From Nymphaea colorata (taxonomy: Eukaryota): a stretch of 64,000 nt of DNA. The translations under genes were made by a program, and so were the position numbers. The stretch spans positions 6,572,001-6,636,000 of the forward strand of contig NC_045138.2 of the NCBI RefSeq assembly GCF_008831285.2, read 5' to 3'. This document shows positions 47,807-59,940 of this stretch, piece after piece. The notes beneath the pieces were generated by a model. That model was not told where the DNA came from. It searched no databases and saw only the letters and a list, made by a program, of their open reading frames with translations. Every line of letters begins with the position of its first letter. The first letter of the stretch is position 1.

Positions 47807-49820
47807 CTCCACCCTGTTTTGTTTCTCACTAGATTGAAGGGCAGAGGAAGAGAAGCAATTTTTAGATGGAGGGAAAGAAAGGCAGAGCACGAACTAATGA
47901 TAAAGAGCAGGAAGTGGGGTTATGTTGGAAGAGTGGGGTCTGTCTAATTTAGAGAGTGGTAGATGCAACAGCTTTCTCAGTCCCTTTAATTTAAACAACA
48001 TGGCAGGAAGTGGCTTTAATGTGAAAAAGAAATTCCATGCACGACTCTTTCTATCATCCTGATTGGCTAGATTCAATAGCAGTTTCCCTTCAATCTAGTG
48101 AAAATACATGTTTATAATACTGGATCACATAGAAAAAAATACACAAGCATTGCCAGAGACGCGTCGGGGATGCAACGAGCCTCCCCACCACATAGTGTGT
48201 GTGTCTGCCTGTCTATATATATACACACACACACACACACACTACAAATTTTAATTCAAAATAAAATTTGCTACAATATTTTTTGCGTAATTATCTTTAT
48301 AAATGTTTGATACAATCTAGAATATCAAAAATCTATTTTTACACCACCAACATACACTCTCTCTTATTAATCTCTTTTTCCCTCTCCTCTATTTATCCAT
48401 TTTTTAAATCTGTTTCTCTCTCTTCAATTACTCTTTTAGAACCTTTTTTTTTCTCTTTTATTAATAGTTCCCTTCCCTTGCCCCCCTCTCTCCTTTTTTG
48501 AGATTTCTAAATTAAAATCTCTTTCTCTCTCTTTCATTTATCTGCCTCTCTTACATTGTTAACTTAAAATATCTTTTTTCTCCTTTATTAATCTCACGCA
48601 CTCTCTCCCTTTTAATACTCTCTCTCTCATCGATTTTTCTCCTAAAATCTCTTTTTCCCTTTCTTTTATTAATCTTATGCTTTTCTCTCTTCAATTTTTT
48701 TCTCTTTCTCTCACATTTCGACTTTCCCATAAAATTCATTCTCTCTCTTTTATTAATCATTTTCTCTTTGATTTCTTTCTTAAAATTCCTTTTTTTCTCT
48801 TTTAATTAATCTTTTTCTCTCTCATTCTTAGGTTTCTCTCTCTTCCATTTTTCACTAAAAATCTCTTTTTCTTTCTCTTTTATTAATTTCTTTCTCTCTC
48901 TTCCACACAATCTCTCTTCTTCTTTCTTCTCTCTCTCTGATTTCCCTCTTAAAGTTTCTTTTTCTCTTATAGTTTTAAAGTCTTTCTTAACCTGCTCTTA
49001 ATCATCATTTTCTTGATAACCATCTATTAAATATCCTTATTTGTAGTCTGATCAAATGAGTGATTTTCCTTTAGAATCACATTTTTGATAGGAATGGAGC
49101 ACAAGAATTGCTTGAGAAGAACTACTTTCGTTAACTTCTTTTATAGTTGACAATTCTTCCTCTTAATTTAAGCTTCCTCTCATACTTGATGATGGGAGAG
49201 GATATTCTCATAACCCCTAAGGTTAAACGAGATATTTTCTTTAATATTTATACATATATACAAAAAAAAAACTTTCCATATTGTATACATTACTAACTTT
49301 ACATAGGTAAGTGTTTCAAAATAAACCCCTAAGGAGGCTTAGGGCACTTACCGAATACTCTTTATTGAGCCCAAGTTCCTATTCTACATGCATAAAAAAT
49401 GATCATGTAAGCTTGTAAAGTTATTTTTTAAACTTGTAATCTTAATTTCTATTGAAAATCAAGACATCAGATTATTAAAGCAAATCTCTTTTTCTCTTTC
49501 TTTAAGTAATATATATATATATATATTCTTTGATTTATCTCGATCTTTTAAATGGCTCTGACTGTTCCCTTTGTCTGTTTCTCTCTCTCGCTCTTTTATT
49601 TCTCTCTTAAAAATATATTTTTCCCACTCTTTTACTAATCTCTCTCTTTCTTTTGCGATTCTCTCTTTCTCTCTCTCTCTTTGATTTTGCACTTAAAATC
49701 TTTCTTTCTATCTCTTTTGATAATCTTTTCTTCTATCACTTAAATTTCTCTAAAACTCTCTCTTTTGTCAATCTCTCTCTCTCTCTTCAATTTCCCTCTT
49801 AAAATCTTTTTTTTTTCTCT

Positions 49821-49827
49821 TATTAAT

Positions 49828-49908
<81 letters not shown>
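49821..49908. repeat. Compound (CT)n(GT)n microsatellite
   Basis: Direct read. Confidence 0.95.
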
Positions 49909-49909
<1 letters not shown>

Positions 49910-50260
49910 TGGTTGGGGCTTCACTATGAGACTAAATGTCTTGATGTAGCATCCTTCTTCTTGAGTGTGTCCTTTTGGTAAAAGGCGAGCCTTGTAGTGT
50001 TCAAGGGATACATTTGCCTTGCACTTCATATTGAAAAGCCATTTGCAGCCAACCACATTTTGATTGTGTGGACACAAAAGACAAGAGTCCATACTCGGTT
50101 AGTAAGGAGAGCTTTATATTTGTTGACCATTGCATCTTGCCAATGTGGTGACCAGGCTTTGTTTGGATCATGTCAATAGGTACTGAATGCATAGCAGTGG
50201 CATAGACCTTAGATACCCTAATGTCATTGATAGACCTAGTCACCATTGTATGTGTATGGT
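49910..50260 (-). mobile_element. Ty1/copia RT fragment (inverted paralogue of 24940-25298)
   Basis: VVGCKWLFNMKCKANVSLEHYKARLLPKGHTQEEG..IKTFSLIVKP. Confidence 0.8.
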
Positions 50261-52086
50261 GGAGGTGAACTTGAAGGTTGAGATGTCTGAGGTTCAGGTT
50301 GAGGCGCCTTATTCTTCTTATTATTCGATGAATCGATGTGCACGATGGGGCCATTCATCTCGATATGGTATTAGAATCATTTGTAGCGATCTTTTCTTCA
50401 AATGGCCTTTAAACACTTGATGTTGAACTAATCATCTTAGTTAGTAAGAAACCCAAGTAAAGTAGTTGCCCTTCCCAGGCAAATAATTTAGTTTTGAGAA
50501 CTGCACATCTATTTGTGCATCCGCATTGAAGCTTGAGAGTGTTCCATGATTAGACCAAAATTGTGGACTTTCAAAATTAGATTTTCATTTTTGATGACAT
50601 GAGAACTATGTTATACAACAAGAAGGGAACAGGAAAAACTTATAATTTCCCAGTCACCCATCAGCCATTGAACTGGAATAGATGGGCCAAGCCCATTACC
50701 TTAAAGAGCAAAGAGATGCACATAAGGCCCAAAAACCTACCTAACCAATCAATTAGGCATAAATCACCATATGTACAAAGCACTTGCAAAGCGTCGGGCT
50801 TTGCTCATGTGTGAAGTTGGCCTAGACTAGTCAGTTGGGGCCATTGCCGGGCCTGGCCGAGCCTCTTAGGCTGGCTGGAGCAGGCCTTGCTGGTGCGTCA
50901 GGCTGAGGCTGACATTCTGGCTGGAGCCAGTCTCGGCCTTGTTCTGAGAGGGAAAAAAAAGGCATTTTGACAAATTCAACGATATCTTGGGAAAATTTAA
51001 GGGTATTTTTTAGGATTTTCAAATGAAAATAATTGTTTGGAAATGACCACGATGTCTCGATCCTTGGGGCTGAAAAGGGTCTGTAACTTGGATTTTGATA
51101 TGAACTAGATCCAAATACTAAGCCAGGTCAACATTGGAATTTTTGAGTTGGAAATGGATACAAGCAATGGATATGGGTCTAGAAATGCACCTAAAGTTCA
51201 GATCTGGACTGGATCTGGATCAAAATCTCTGAATTGATTTAGAATCACAGTTTCGGATTTGAATCTTATATTCAGATATGGAATTGCAGATTTGGATGTT
51301 AACCACATATTTGATCTGGATTGAGTAAAAAATGTAGGATTGGATCTAAATTTGGATTGAGACCGAGTATTTGGATCCGGAAAAGAATATGGATATAGAT
51401 TTTGGATCTTAAATCCAGATCGGCACTAAATTGCTGCCAAGGCTCATAATTGGAGTGGGTTTGAAGTTGGACTTGGGTCTGGATTCTCTGAAATTCTATT
51501 TGGGATCTAAGTTTGAATCTAAGGCTTTGCTTTGGATCCTAAAGCTAGAATTTGGATCTAGATGTAGATCTAGGTCTTTGTGATGGGTCCCTATGTGAGT
51601 TTCTGGACTGGATCTATATCTGAATTTGAAAGTGAAGTATGTTAGAAGTTTATATTGGAGTTGGGCTTGGGTTGAAAGTCCATAATTAGATCCATGAGAG
51701 TCCCAAATAGAATTGACCATCAAATCGAATGAGAAGTTGGTCAAAATTATGGGGAATTGAAGTGTTTGAGTCAAAAATCTTTGATATTGGTTGTAAATTG
51801 AACATAAAATGTTTGGAAAAAAAATCTGAATAGTTCTTTGAAAAAATTGCGGTGATTAGTGATTACATGGTGATATACAAATCCAGGCTTGCCTTGTAGA
51901 GTGTGTTAGACAAGAAGGGAATCCAATTCCTCACGTGTGAATATTTCATTTAGTAAAGGACAATCCCTTTTTATACACCACTTATTAAAATCAAACTGAC
52001 TACCAGACTTTGGCATCAGCCCGACAAATGATACTCTTCATAAAAAGGATAGTATACCCAATGGGGAGTAAGTATCAGGTTACCAG

Positions 52087-52463
52087 TGTTAACGAAAATG
52101 ATGAAAACAGACCAATGGCTCTCTCCACGATAGAAAGTGGATCAACGGCTCTCTCCATAGAAGGCGATACTCTTAACGAAAACAACACAGCAACAATGAA
52201 GGAAACAAAGCATGATTTCCTATTGGAGATGACTATGAAGAGAAACAAAATCCTGTCGTTGAAAGAGATGTTGAACTCTCCAATGTCTAGAATCAATGTA
52301 TAAAATCAAAGGAAGGAAATCTGTAAAGAAGTGAGAGTTGAAAAATAAAAAATATAGAAGACCATCATTCCGTGGATGTAGATCAATATATGATCAAACC
52401 ACATAACTCGCCTTGCATTTTTGTCGTGTGTTAATTTCCTTCTTCATTCTGGAAATTCTTTTA
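52087..52463 (+). repeat. Copia 5' LTR (377 bp)
   Basis: TGTTAACGAAAATG...TTCTTTTA; matches 56442-56833. Confidence 0.92.
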
Positions 52464-52475
52464 TGGTATCAGAGC
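52464..52475 (+). promoter_or_regulatory. Primer-binding site (initiator tRNA-Met)
   Basis: TGGTATCAGAGC directly after the LTR. Confidence 0.92.
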
Positions 52476-55400
52476 CATCGCTACATCGTTGAGGATCAAC
52501 TTTTGTCATGGCTTCTTCTTCAAACAACAACACACGCGGAAATCAGATGGGCAATGGTATGGAAACTCCCTCTTTTTATTTACTGCAACACCCAAATCAT
52601 TTGCAACTCTCTCTCGGCATCAAATTGAACACTGAAAATTATCTGGTTTGGGAATCTCAATTCACACCCATACTCATGTCATGTGATCTGATGGGGTTCG
52701 TTGATAGAAAGAAACCCGCACCAAAAAAATACAAGTCTGGCATGACAGAAATAAGCGAAGACTATCTCAATTGGTAGCGACAAGATCAAATCCTTCTATG
52801 TTGGATCAACTCGTCATTATCTGAAAATGTTCATGCTCAAATTATTGGATTGAAAACCTCGGCAAAGGTTTGGAATGCGTTCAAACATTCCTACGCCGCT
52901 CATTTGCAGTCCAGAGTTAGGCAGTTGAAATGTCAGTTATAAGATTTGAAAAAGGGCAATATGTCCATGGATGCATATTTTCAGAAAGTAAGGGTTGTAG
53001 CGCATCAATTAGCTATAGCATCTAAACTTGTAGACGAAGATGATTTGGTTTTATACATTTTGAGAGGCCTGCCAGCTGAGTATCTTGCCTTCAAGATAAG
53101 CATGGAGACACAGAAGGAACCTATTAGTCTTAACGAACTTTATGGCCTCCTGCTTATGCAAGAAGCAAATCAAAAGGGTCATAATGATGAATTTCTGCGA
53201 ATAATGTTTTCATGGGGCACAATGAGCGACAACATACTTATCGTGGTCGAGGAAAATTTGTATACAAAAACAGAAATTTTCAAGGCAAAGAAAGATCAAT
53301 ATGTCAGATTTGTGAGAAGACAGGGCATGTAGCTAAAATTTGCTATACCTACTTGAATCTCGTCAAGAACAGGAGCACAAATCCTCAAGCGTTTCATGCT
53401 GCCATTGAAAACTCTTCAAATCAACCAGTTGGAGATTGTTCCAAATATAACTAGGAACTTGCTATCTGTTCAAAAATTTGTATGGATAATGATGTGTATA
53501 TTGAGTTTCATCCTAACTCGTGTTTTGTTAAGGACCAAGCCGGGATGGTAGTGCAGCAAGGAATCATCGAGAATGGCCTCTACAAAATTAATTTTGCAAC
53601 AAATAAAGAGGCCATGTGTAGCAAACGAGCATCTTTGGAGACTTGGCATAAAAGACTTGGCCATCCTGCTTTTGTTACAGTTAGGCGTGTCTTAAATGAT
53701 TTTGATTTATGCTATGATAATTTGTTTCCTTCAACTTTATGTGAATAATGTCATAAGGCTAAGAGTCATAAACTCCCATTTCAAGTTGTTTCTTATAAAG
53801 CACAAAAACCTCTTGAGATTGTCTACTCTGATGTTTGGGGACCTGCCCCGATCATGAGAACAAATGGTTGTCGTTACTATGTTATTTTTGTTGATGCATA
53901 TTCTAGATATATATGGTTTTATTTGCTTAAGTTGAAATCTGATGTTAGGGCTGCTTTTAAATCCTTTAAAGCACTCGCTTAAAATCATACAGGACATAAG
54001 ATTAAATTCTTGCATTCTGATGGGGGTGGTGAGTACCAAAGCCTACAACCATTCTTATCCGAGAATGGCATAGAACACCAAAAGAGCTGCCCACACACTC
54101 CCGAACAGAATGGGAATGCTGAAAGATGGCACAGGCACATCGTTGAAACTGGCCTGTCTCTTCTAGCCGAAGCAAATATTTCCAAAAATTATTGGACTTA
54201 TGTTTCAATTCTGTTATATATCTTATCAACCGCATGCCCACCAAAGTTCTCAATTATCTTTCACCATTGGAAAATTTATTTCAAAAAATCCCAGATTATA
54301 ATTTTCTTAAAGTCCTCGGTTGTGAATGTTATCCCCACTTAAGACCCTATGTGAATCCCAAACTTGATTTCAGATCTGAAAGATGTGTTTTTCATGGATA
54401 TGTCTCTCAACACAAAGGTTACTATTGCCTGAATTTAAAAATAAAAGGATTTTTACCTCCCGCCATGTCGTTTTCAATGAAAAATCCTTTCCTTTCAAGG
54501 AAGAAAAGCTTAATGAGCAACCTGCTTCTAGTGATCAACATCCACCTCTATTTGTTCCCATTTTCTCAAACATCAACCACTCGAGAGACACCAACGATCA
54601 TAGAAGTGATAATGAGAAGAACCATGCCACGTCCAACCCTCAACCAAGCCTTCCCAACCAAGATGAGCAAGTCGATTTGATACAATCTAGCTCAAATGAG
54701 AGCCACCAAAACCAAGACCAACCTGAAAGTGCCGAACCTAGTAGTGAACCTACTAGAACCCATAGCATGACAACACGATCTCAAGTTGGTATAGTTAAGC
54801 CCAACACTGGCTATACCGCCTATGAAACCCACTCAGCTACCAAATATCCTTTAGTCCTATCTACAACGTCAAATTTGGCTATTGAGACCGAGCGCAATAC
54901 TCTTCAAGAAGCTCTTGACTGTAGAGAATGGAAAGAAGCTATGAACCTCGCTCTTCTCAAAAATCAAACTTGGAGTCTTGTACCTGTCTCTAGTGACAAA
55001 CATATTGTAGAATGCAAATGGGTCTTCAAAATCAAACGAATGGCTGATGGTTCAGTAGAAAGGTATAAAGCAAGACTTGTAGCCAAGGGATATAGCCAAA
55101 AAGAAGTGATTGATTACATTGAAACCTTCAGCCCAGTAGTCAAACCCACAACCATTAGAATAATACTCACTATTGCTTTGAGTCGCAGGTGGAAAATTAA
55201 TCAATTGGATGTCCAAAATGCTTTTCTCCATGGAACACTAGAAGAAGAAGTTTACTTGTCTCAACCCCCCGGATTTGAGGATCAGAACTATCCCAATCAC
55301 GTTTGCAAGCTTCACAAAGCGCTTTATGGCTTGAAGCAAGCCCCAAGAGCTTGGTTTTCACGTCTAAGTACTTTTCTTCACAAGATGGGCTTTCAAGGAG

Positions 55401-56432
55401 CCAAAACAGACACCTCGCTTTTCATCTACAAGGATACAAGCACGGTCATGTACATTCTCATTTACGTGGATGACATCATATTGACAGGAAGTTCAGATAT
55501 GCACATCCAAAAACTGATTGCCGCCTTCAAATCAGAATTTGCAATCAAAGATCTAGGAGATCTACACTTCTTGGGATTGAAGCAAAGCATTCTTCTCAAG
55601 GCTTGTTCTTATCTCAACAGAAATACATCTTGGAACTACTTAAGAAAACAAATATGGTGGGAGCAAAACCGATCTCTACACCCATGGCTACATCACCAAC
55701 TTTGACAGCACACTCAGGTTTTTCCTTCCATGATCCAAGCCTACATAGAAGCATAGTTGGAGCTTTATAGTATGCTACAATGATGAGACCAGACATATCG
55801 TTTGCAGTGAACAAAGTTTGTCAATATATGCACAATCCAACAAACATCTATTGGGCTGCCGTGAAGCGAATATTAAGATATCTAAAGCAAACCATTGACC
55901 ATGGATTAAGTCTAACACCGTGTACGGAAATGGATATCTCAGCATACAGTGATGCTGATTGGGCTGGATGCCCAGATGATAGAAAATCCACTAGCGGCTA
56001 CGCAATATTCCTTGGGGAAAATCTTGTCTCTTGGAGTTCAAAGAAGCAAAATGTAGTATCTCGCTCAAGTACTGAAGCAGAATACAAATCCATCACTAAT
56101 GCAACAGCCGAAGTTACTTGGATCAAATTTCTATTGCAAGAACTTGGAATAAAATCATCCCGAGAACCAATTCTTTGGTGTGATAACATTGGAGCCACAT
56201 ATCTATCATCACATCCTGTATATCGTTATAGATGCAAGCATGTAGAAATCGATCTTCTCTTAGTTAGAGACAAGCTTGCAAAAGGAGAATTGGTCATCAA
56301 GTACATTTGAACCAAGGATCAAATTGCTGACGTCTTGACCAAACCGTTGTTAAAGCAGACACATGTAGCAATAACGCCAAAGTTAAAGGTCATCAAGTTC
56401 AATCTCAACCCTATCAAAGACAGGATGAGATT

Positions 56433-56441
56433 GACGAGGGG
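56433..56441 (+). promoter_or_regulatory. Polypurine tract
   Basis: GACGAGGGG immediately before the second LTR. Confidence 0.75.
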
Positions 56442-56833
56442 TGTTAACGAAAATGATGAAAACAGCCTAACAGCTCTCTCCACAATAGAAAGTGGATCAA
56501 CAGCTCTCTCCATAGAAGGCAATACTGTTGACGAAAACAACACAACAACAATGAAGGAAACAAAGCATGATTTCCTATTGAAGACGACTATGAAGGGAAA
56601 CAAAATCCTGTCATTGAAAGAGACGTTGAACTCTCCAACGTCTAGAATCAATGTATAAAATCAAAGTCAGGAAATCTGTAAAGAAGAGAGAGTTGAAAAA
56701 TCAAAAATATAGAAGACCATCATTCTGTGGACGTAGATCAATATATGATCGAACCACGTATGATCGAACCACGTAACTCGCCTTGCATTTTTGTCGTGTG
56801 TTAAATTCCTTCTTCGTTTTGGAAATTCTTTTA
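56442..56833 (+). repeat. Copia second LTR (392 bp)
   Basis: Matches the 5' LTR, plus a 15-bp duplication TATGATCGAACCACG at 56744-56773. Confidence 0.92.
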
Positions 56834-57240
56834 TGGTATCAGAGCCATCGCTACATCATTGAGGATCAACTTCTGTCATGACGTCTTCTTCAAACAACAA
56901 CACACGACGAAATCAGATGGGCAATGGTATGGAAACTCCCTCTTTTTATTTACTGCAACACCCAAATCATTTGCAACTCTCTCTCGGCATCAAATTGAAC
57001 ACTGAAAATTATCTGGTATGCGAATCTCAATTCACACCCATACTCATGTCATGTGATCTGATGGGGTTTGTTGATGGAACGAAACCCGCACCAGAAAAAT
57101 ACAAGTCTGGCATGACAGAAATAAGCCAAGACTATCGCAATTGTTTACGACAAGATCAAATCCTTCTATGTTGGATCAAGTCGTCATTATCTGAAAATGT
57201 TCATGCGCAGATTATTGGATTGAAAACCTCGGCAGAGGTT
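56834..57240 (+). mobile_element. Second PBS plus truncated gag 5' end of the same copia element
   Basis: TGGTATCAGAGC at 56834, then an ORF (56878-57246) nearly identical to 52508-52870. Confidence 0.93.
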
Positions 57241-57262
57241 CTGTAGGGAAAAGAAAGCTCAA

Positions 57263-58060
57263 TGTTATCACCCCAAACTTTTTCAAAAAGACAATATTCT
57301 ATTTACATCCAAACAAGATTCTCAGTTATTTGGATTTAAATTTTAGACCCTAAGATCAATCCTAGACCCAACACAAATTCATGACTATTCGATCCAAAAC
57401 GAATCCCTAGTCCAAGTCCAAATGCATGATTACAATTCAAATGCGAGATTCAAATACAAAATCCAACTCTCGGATCTTTATTCATGCCACTCGCCAACGC
57501 GCTAGGTGCTCACGACAGCAATAGAACCGCGATTAAATAAATTTCATTTCTTCATTTATGTGGTTGTTATATTGCTTTACTCATTGTTTATGCTTGAGAT
57601 GATGCTTATGCACGATGTATTAATTTTTCTTAATTAATGAGAAAATACATGGTGAAAATGAGTGTTTGGGTTGGGATATTTTCATTGTTATGTTGATTTT
57701 TTAGGTTGGGATTTATGGAACCCAAGAAAGCCCTTCACAAATATGTACATGTTAAAATGCATCTTTATATCATTATCATGTTTAGTTTCTTTCTTAATCA
57801 CCCTATTAGGAACTCCAATGAGTGCTTTATTACGTTGTTTGATTTCCTTCCATTCCAAATAGTAGAAGAAATGTATTCTTTTGTAACAAACAATCATGGT
57901 TTTATGTTCATGTATAAAAATGTTTGGAATCAAGCTTTTAAAAGATTTTTTGAAAGCAAGAACCCTCTTAATGAGACCTTGAAGACTTAGCCTAGGCTCC
58001 TGCATGAATCCAAGTTCCTCTCCGGCCTATATAAAAAAATTGAAGCCGGATATTTCTCAA
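57263..58060 (+). mobile_element. Internally deleted copy of the TGTTATCACC LTR-like family
   Basis: Starts TGTTATCACCCCAAA; 57590-58050 matches 41315-41795. Confidence 0.55.
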
Positions 58061-58480
58061 AATATTTTTTTGGGTGTTGTTCTTCAATACCATGCGAGTT
58101 ATAAAGGTAAGACATAACCATGGACCCAAGAGGCATGAGAAAGAGGAGGAAGGCCAGGCGATAAGTCATCATCCTCTTGTTTCCCCAGATGTGAGAACGT
58201 ATTTGGTGTGATATCATTGCATATATTCATGAGTGTTGGAACAATCAATGTTCTTTTTAAGATGAAAACTATAGTTGGTATGTAATTTCATGATCAAATG
58301 TGCAGTAGTTGGTATATGCTTTTGATTTGCTTGTTCACTAAGCACCTACTGATTTGATTGTTTATTTAAACCAGTCATTTTGCCAATACTGCGAATCCCT
58401 GTCATGCCTTTTCTTTTCCTCCAAGAAAGTTGTGGAAAACCAATAATATGAAGATTATTGCAAGTTCTCTTGTATCACAT

Positions 58481-58617
<137 letters not shown>

Positions 58618-58714
58618 GCCACAGTCATAAAGGTACTTAATCAATTGCACATTTCACCACTATGTGAAAATGAATGGGATGAAATTGTTGGATTTCTGCT
58701 TCTTGCAAGCAACT

Positions 58715-59940
58715 CGATCTAGATCATCTACATAACTGGAAATAATAGTTGTTTCTAAGACAATATATTCCTACTGCCTTTATGGTTGGGTGGAGAACAC
58801 AACTCATGAATTGGAATTATCATCTATGAGTCACTGTAAATTCAAGTCCACCGTAAAAGCAGGCCATTGTGAATGAGTTATAAGCTCACTTTTCTTAAAG
58901 TCTCATATTCATATAACTAATTTGAGGGAGTCGTCTCAATGATGGACGACCATCATAGAACATCCCTCAATTGCCTATGTTATCATATCATATGAATTGA
59001 TTAACAGGATGAGAGGGGCTTTAGTCTTGGAATCGAGCTTATATTCAGTTCTTTATTAATGGTGACAATGAAATCACTAGGCATGAAATTAATGGCAAAA
59101 TTACTTCACCCGATAAGGGTGTGTGAATGTGGTTGGATTTTTTTTTCACATTAAAATTGCTTTTTGTCCTGTTTTCTAAATTAAATGGAGGGAGGCACTG
59201 TATACCATTGACGAGACAATAATGTGGTATTGGAGCTAATTAAATTAAATGGACCCACTCGCTCAACTTAATTTTTATGAGGGGAGGGCCCAAGTCTACA
59301 AGTCAACTGTAATTGTGGGCAGCCTGGTCTTTATTTTTATTCTTGCTTTGTTTTTTTTTTCTTTTCCTTCCATTTTCTTGGAGCCGGTTTCAATTAATTT
59401 CATCTTCATGAAAAAAAATTTAAAATTATGGAATCATAATTGCATCTCTTAGGATAGAATCACAATTCCAAAATTCTAATTCGAGGATGAGCATATAATT
59501 TTGGAATTAAAATTTTTTGTTGGATAACATAGTTCTCATGTCATAAAAAATGAAAATTTAATTTTAAAATTCCACAATTTTGGTCTGATCATCAAACACC
59601 CTCAAGCTTCACTGCGGATGTACAAATAGATGTGCAGTTCTCAAAATTAAATTATTTGCCATTGAAGAACAACTACTTTCTTTGGGTTTACCAATTAAGT
59701 TAGGGTTGAATTTACTAGTTCAACATCAAATGCTTAAAGGCCATTTTCAAGAATGAATGTTGTTGAAACTTACGTGTATGTAGAAGGGAGAGATAAATGA
59801 ATGAGTCATATTTTTTATTATCAATTGATTTGAGAACCCGAAAAGTAGACAATATTGATTATAGAACTTCATATTAAAATAGTTTGATTTGGGCAAGTCA
59901 TGTCTAGCTTATAAGTTTTCTCCATGACAATTACATTTAC
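58715..59940 (+). repeat. Direct segmental duplicate of about 760-2055
   Basis: Colinear match from AGATCATCTAC...ACTGGAAATAATAGTTG to ACAATTACATTTACA. Confidence 0.9.

Larger units (their letters stand above)
52087..56833 (+). mobile_element. Ty1/copia LTR retrotransposon, degenerate, with short LTRs (Ale/Retrofit-like)
   Basis: Two LTRs and a PBS flank the coding remnants. These are gag with a CQICEKTGHVAKIC knuckle, WHKRLGHP, integrase (SDVWGP, SDGGGEY, PHTPEQNGNAER), RT (YKARLVAKG, YVDDII) and RNase H (AYSDADWAG), in copia order. Multiple stops and frameshifts are present. Confidence 0.96.

Noticed and set aside
52010..52303. Paired ORFs of about 100 aa at 52010 and 56335
   Set aside because: They fall within the two LTRs; the similarity simply reflects LTR duplication.
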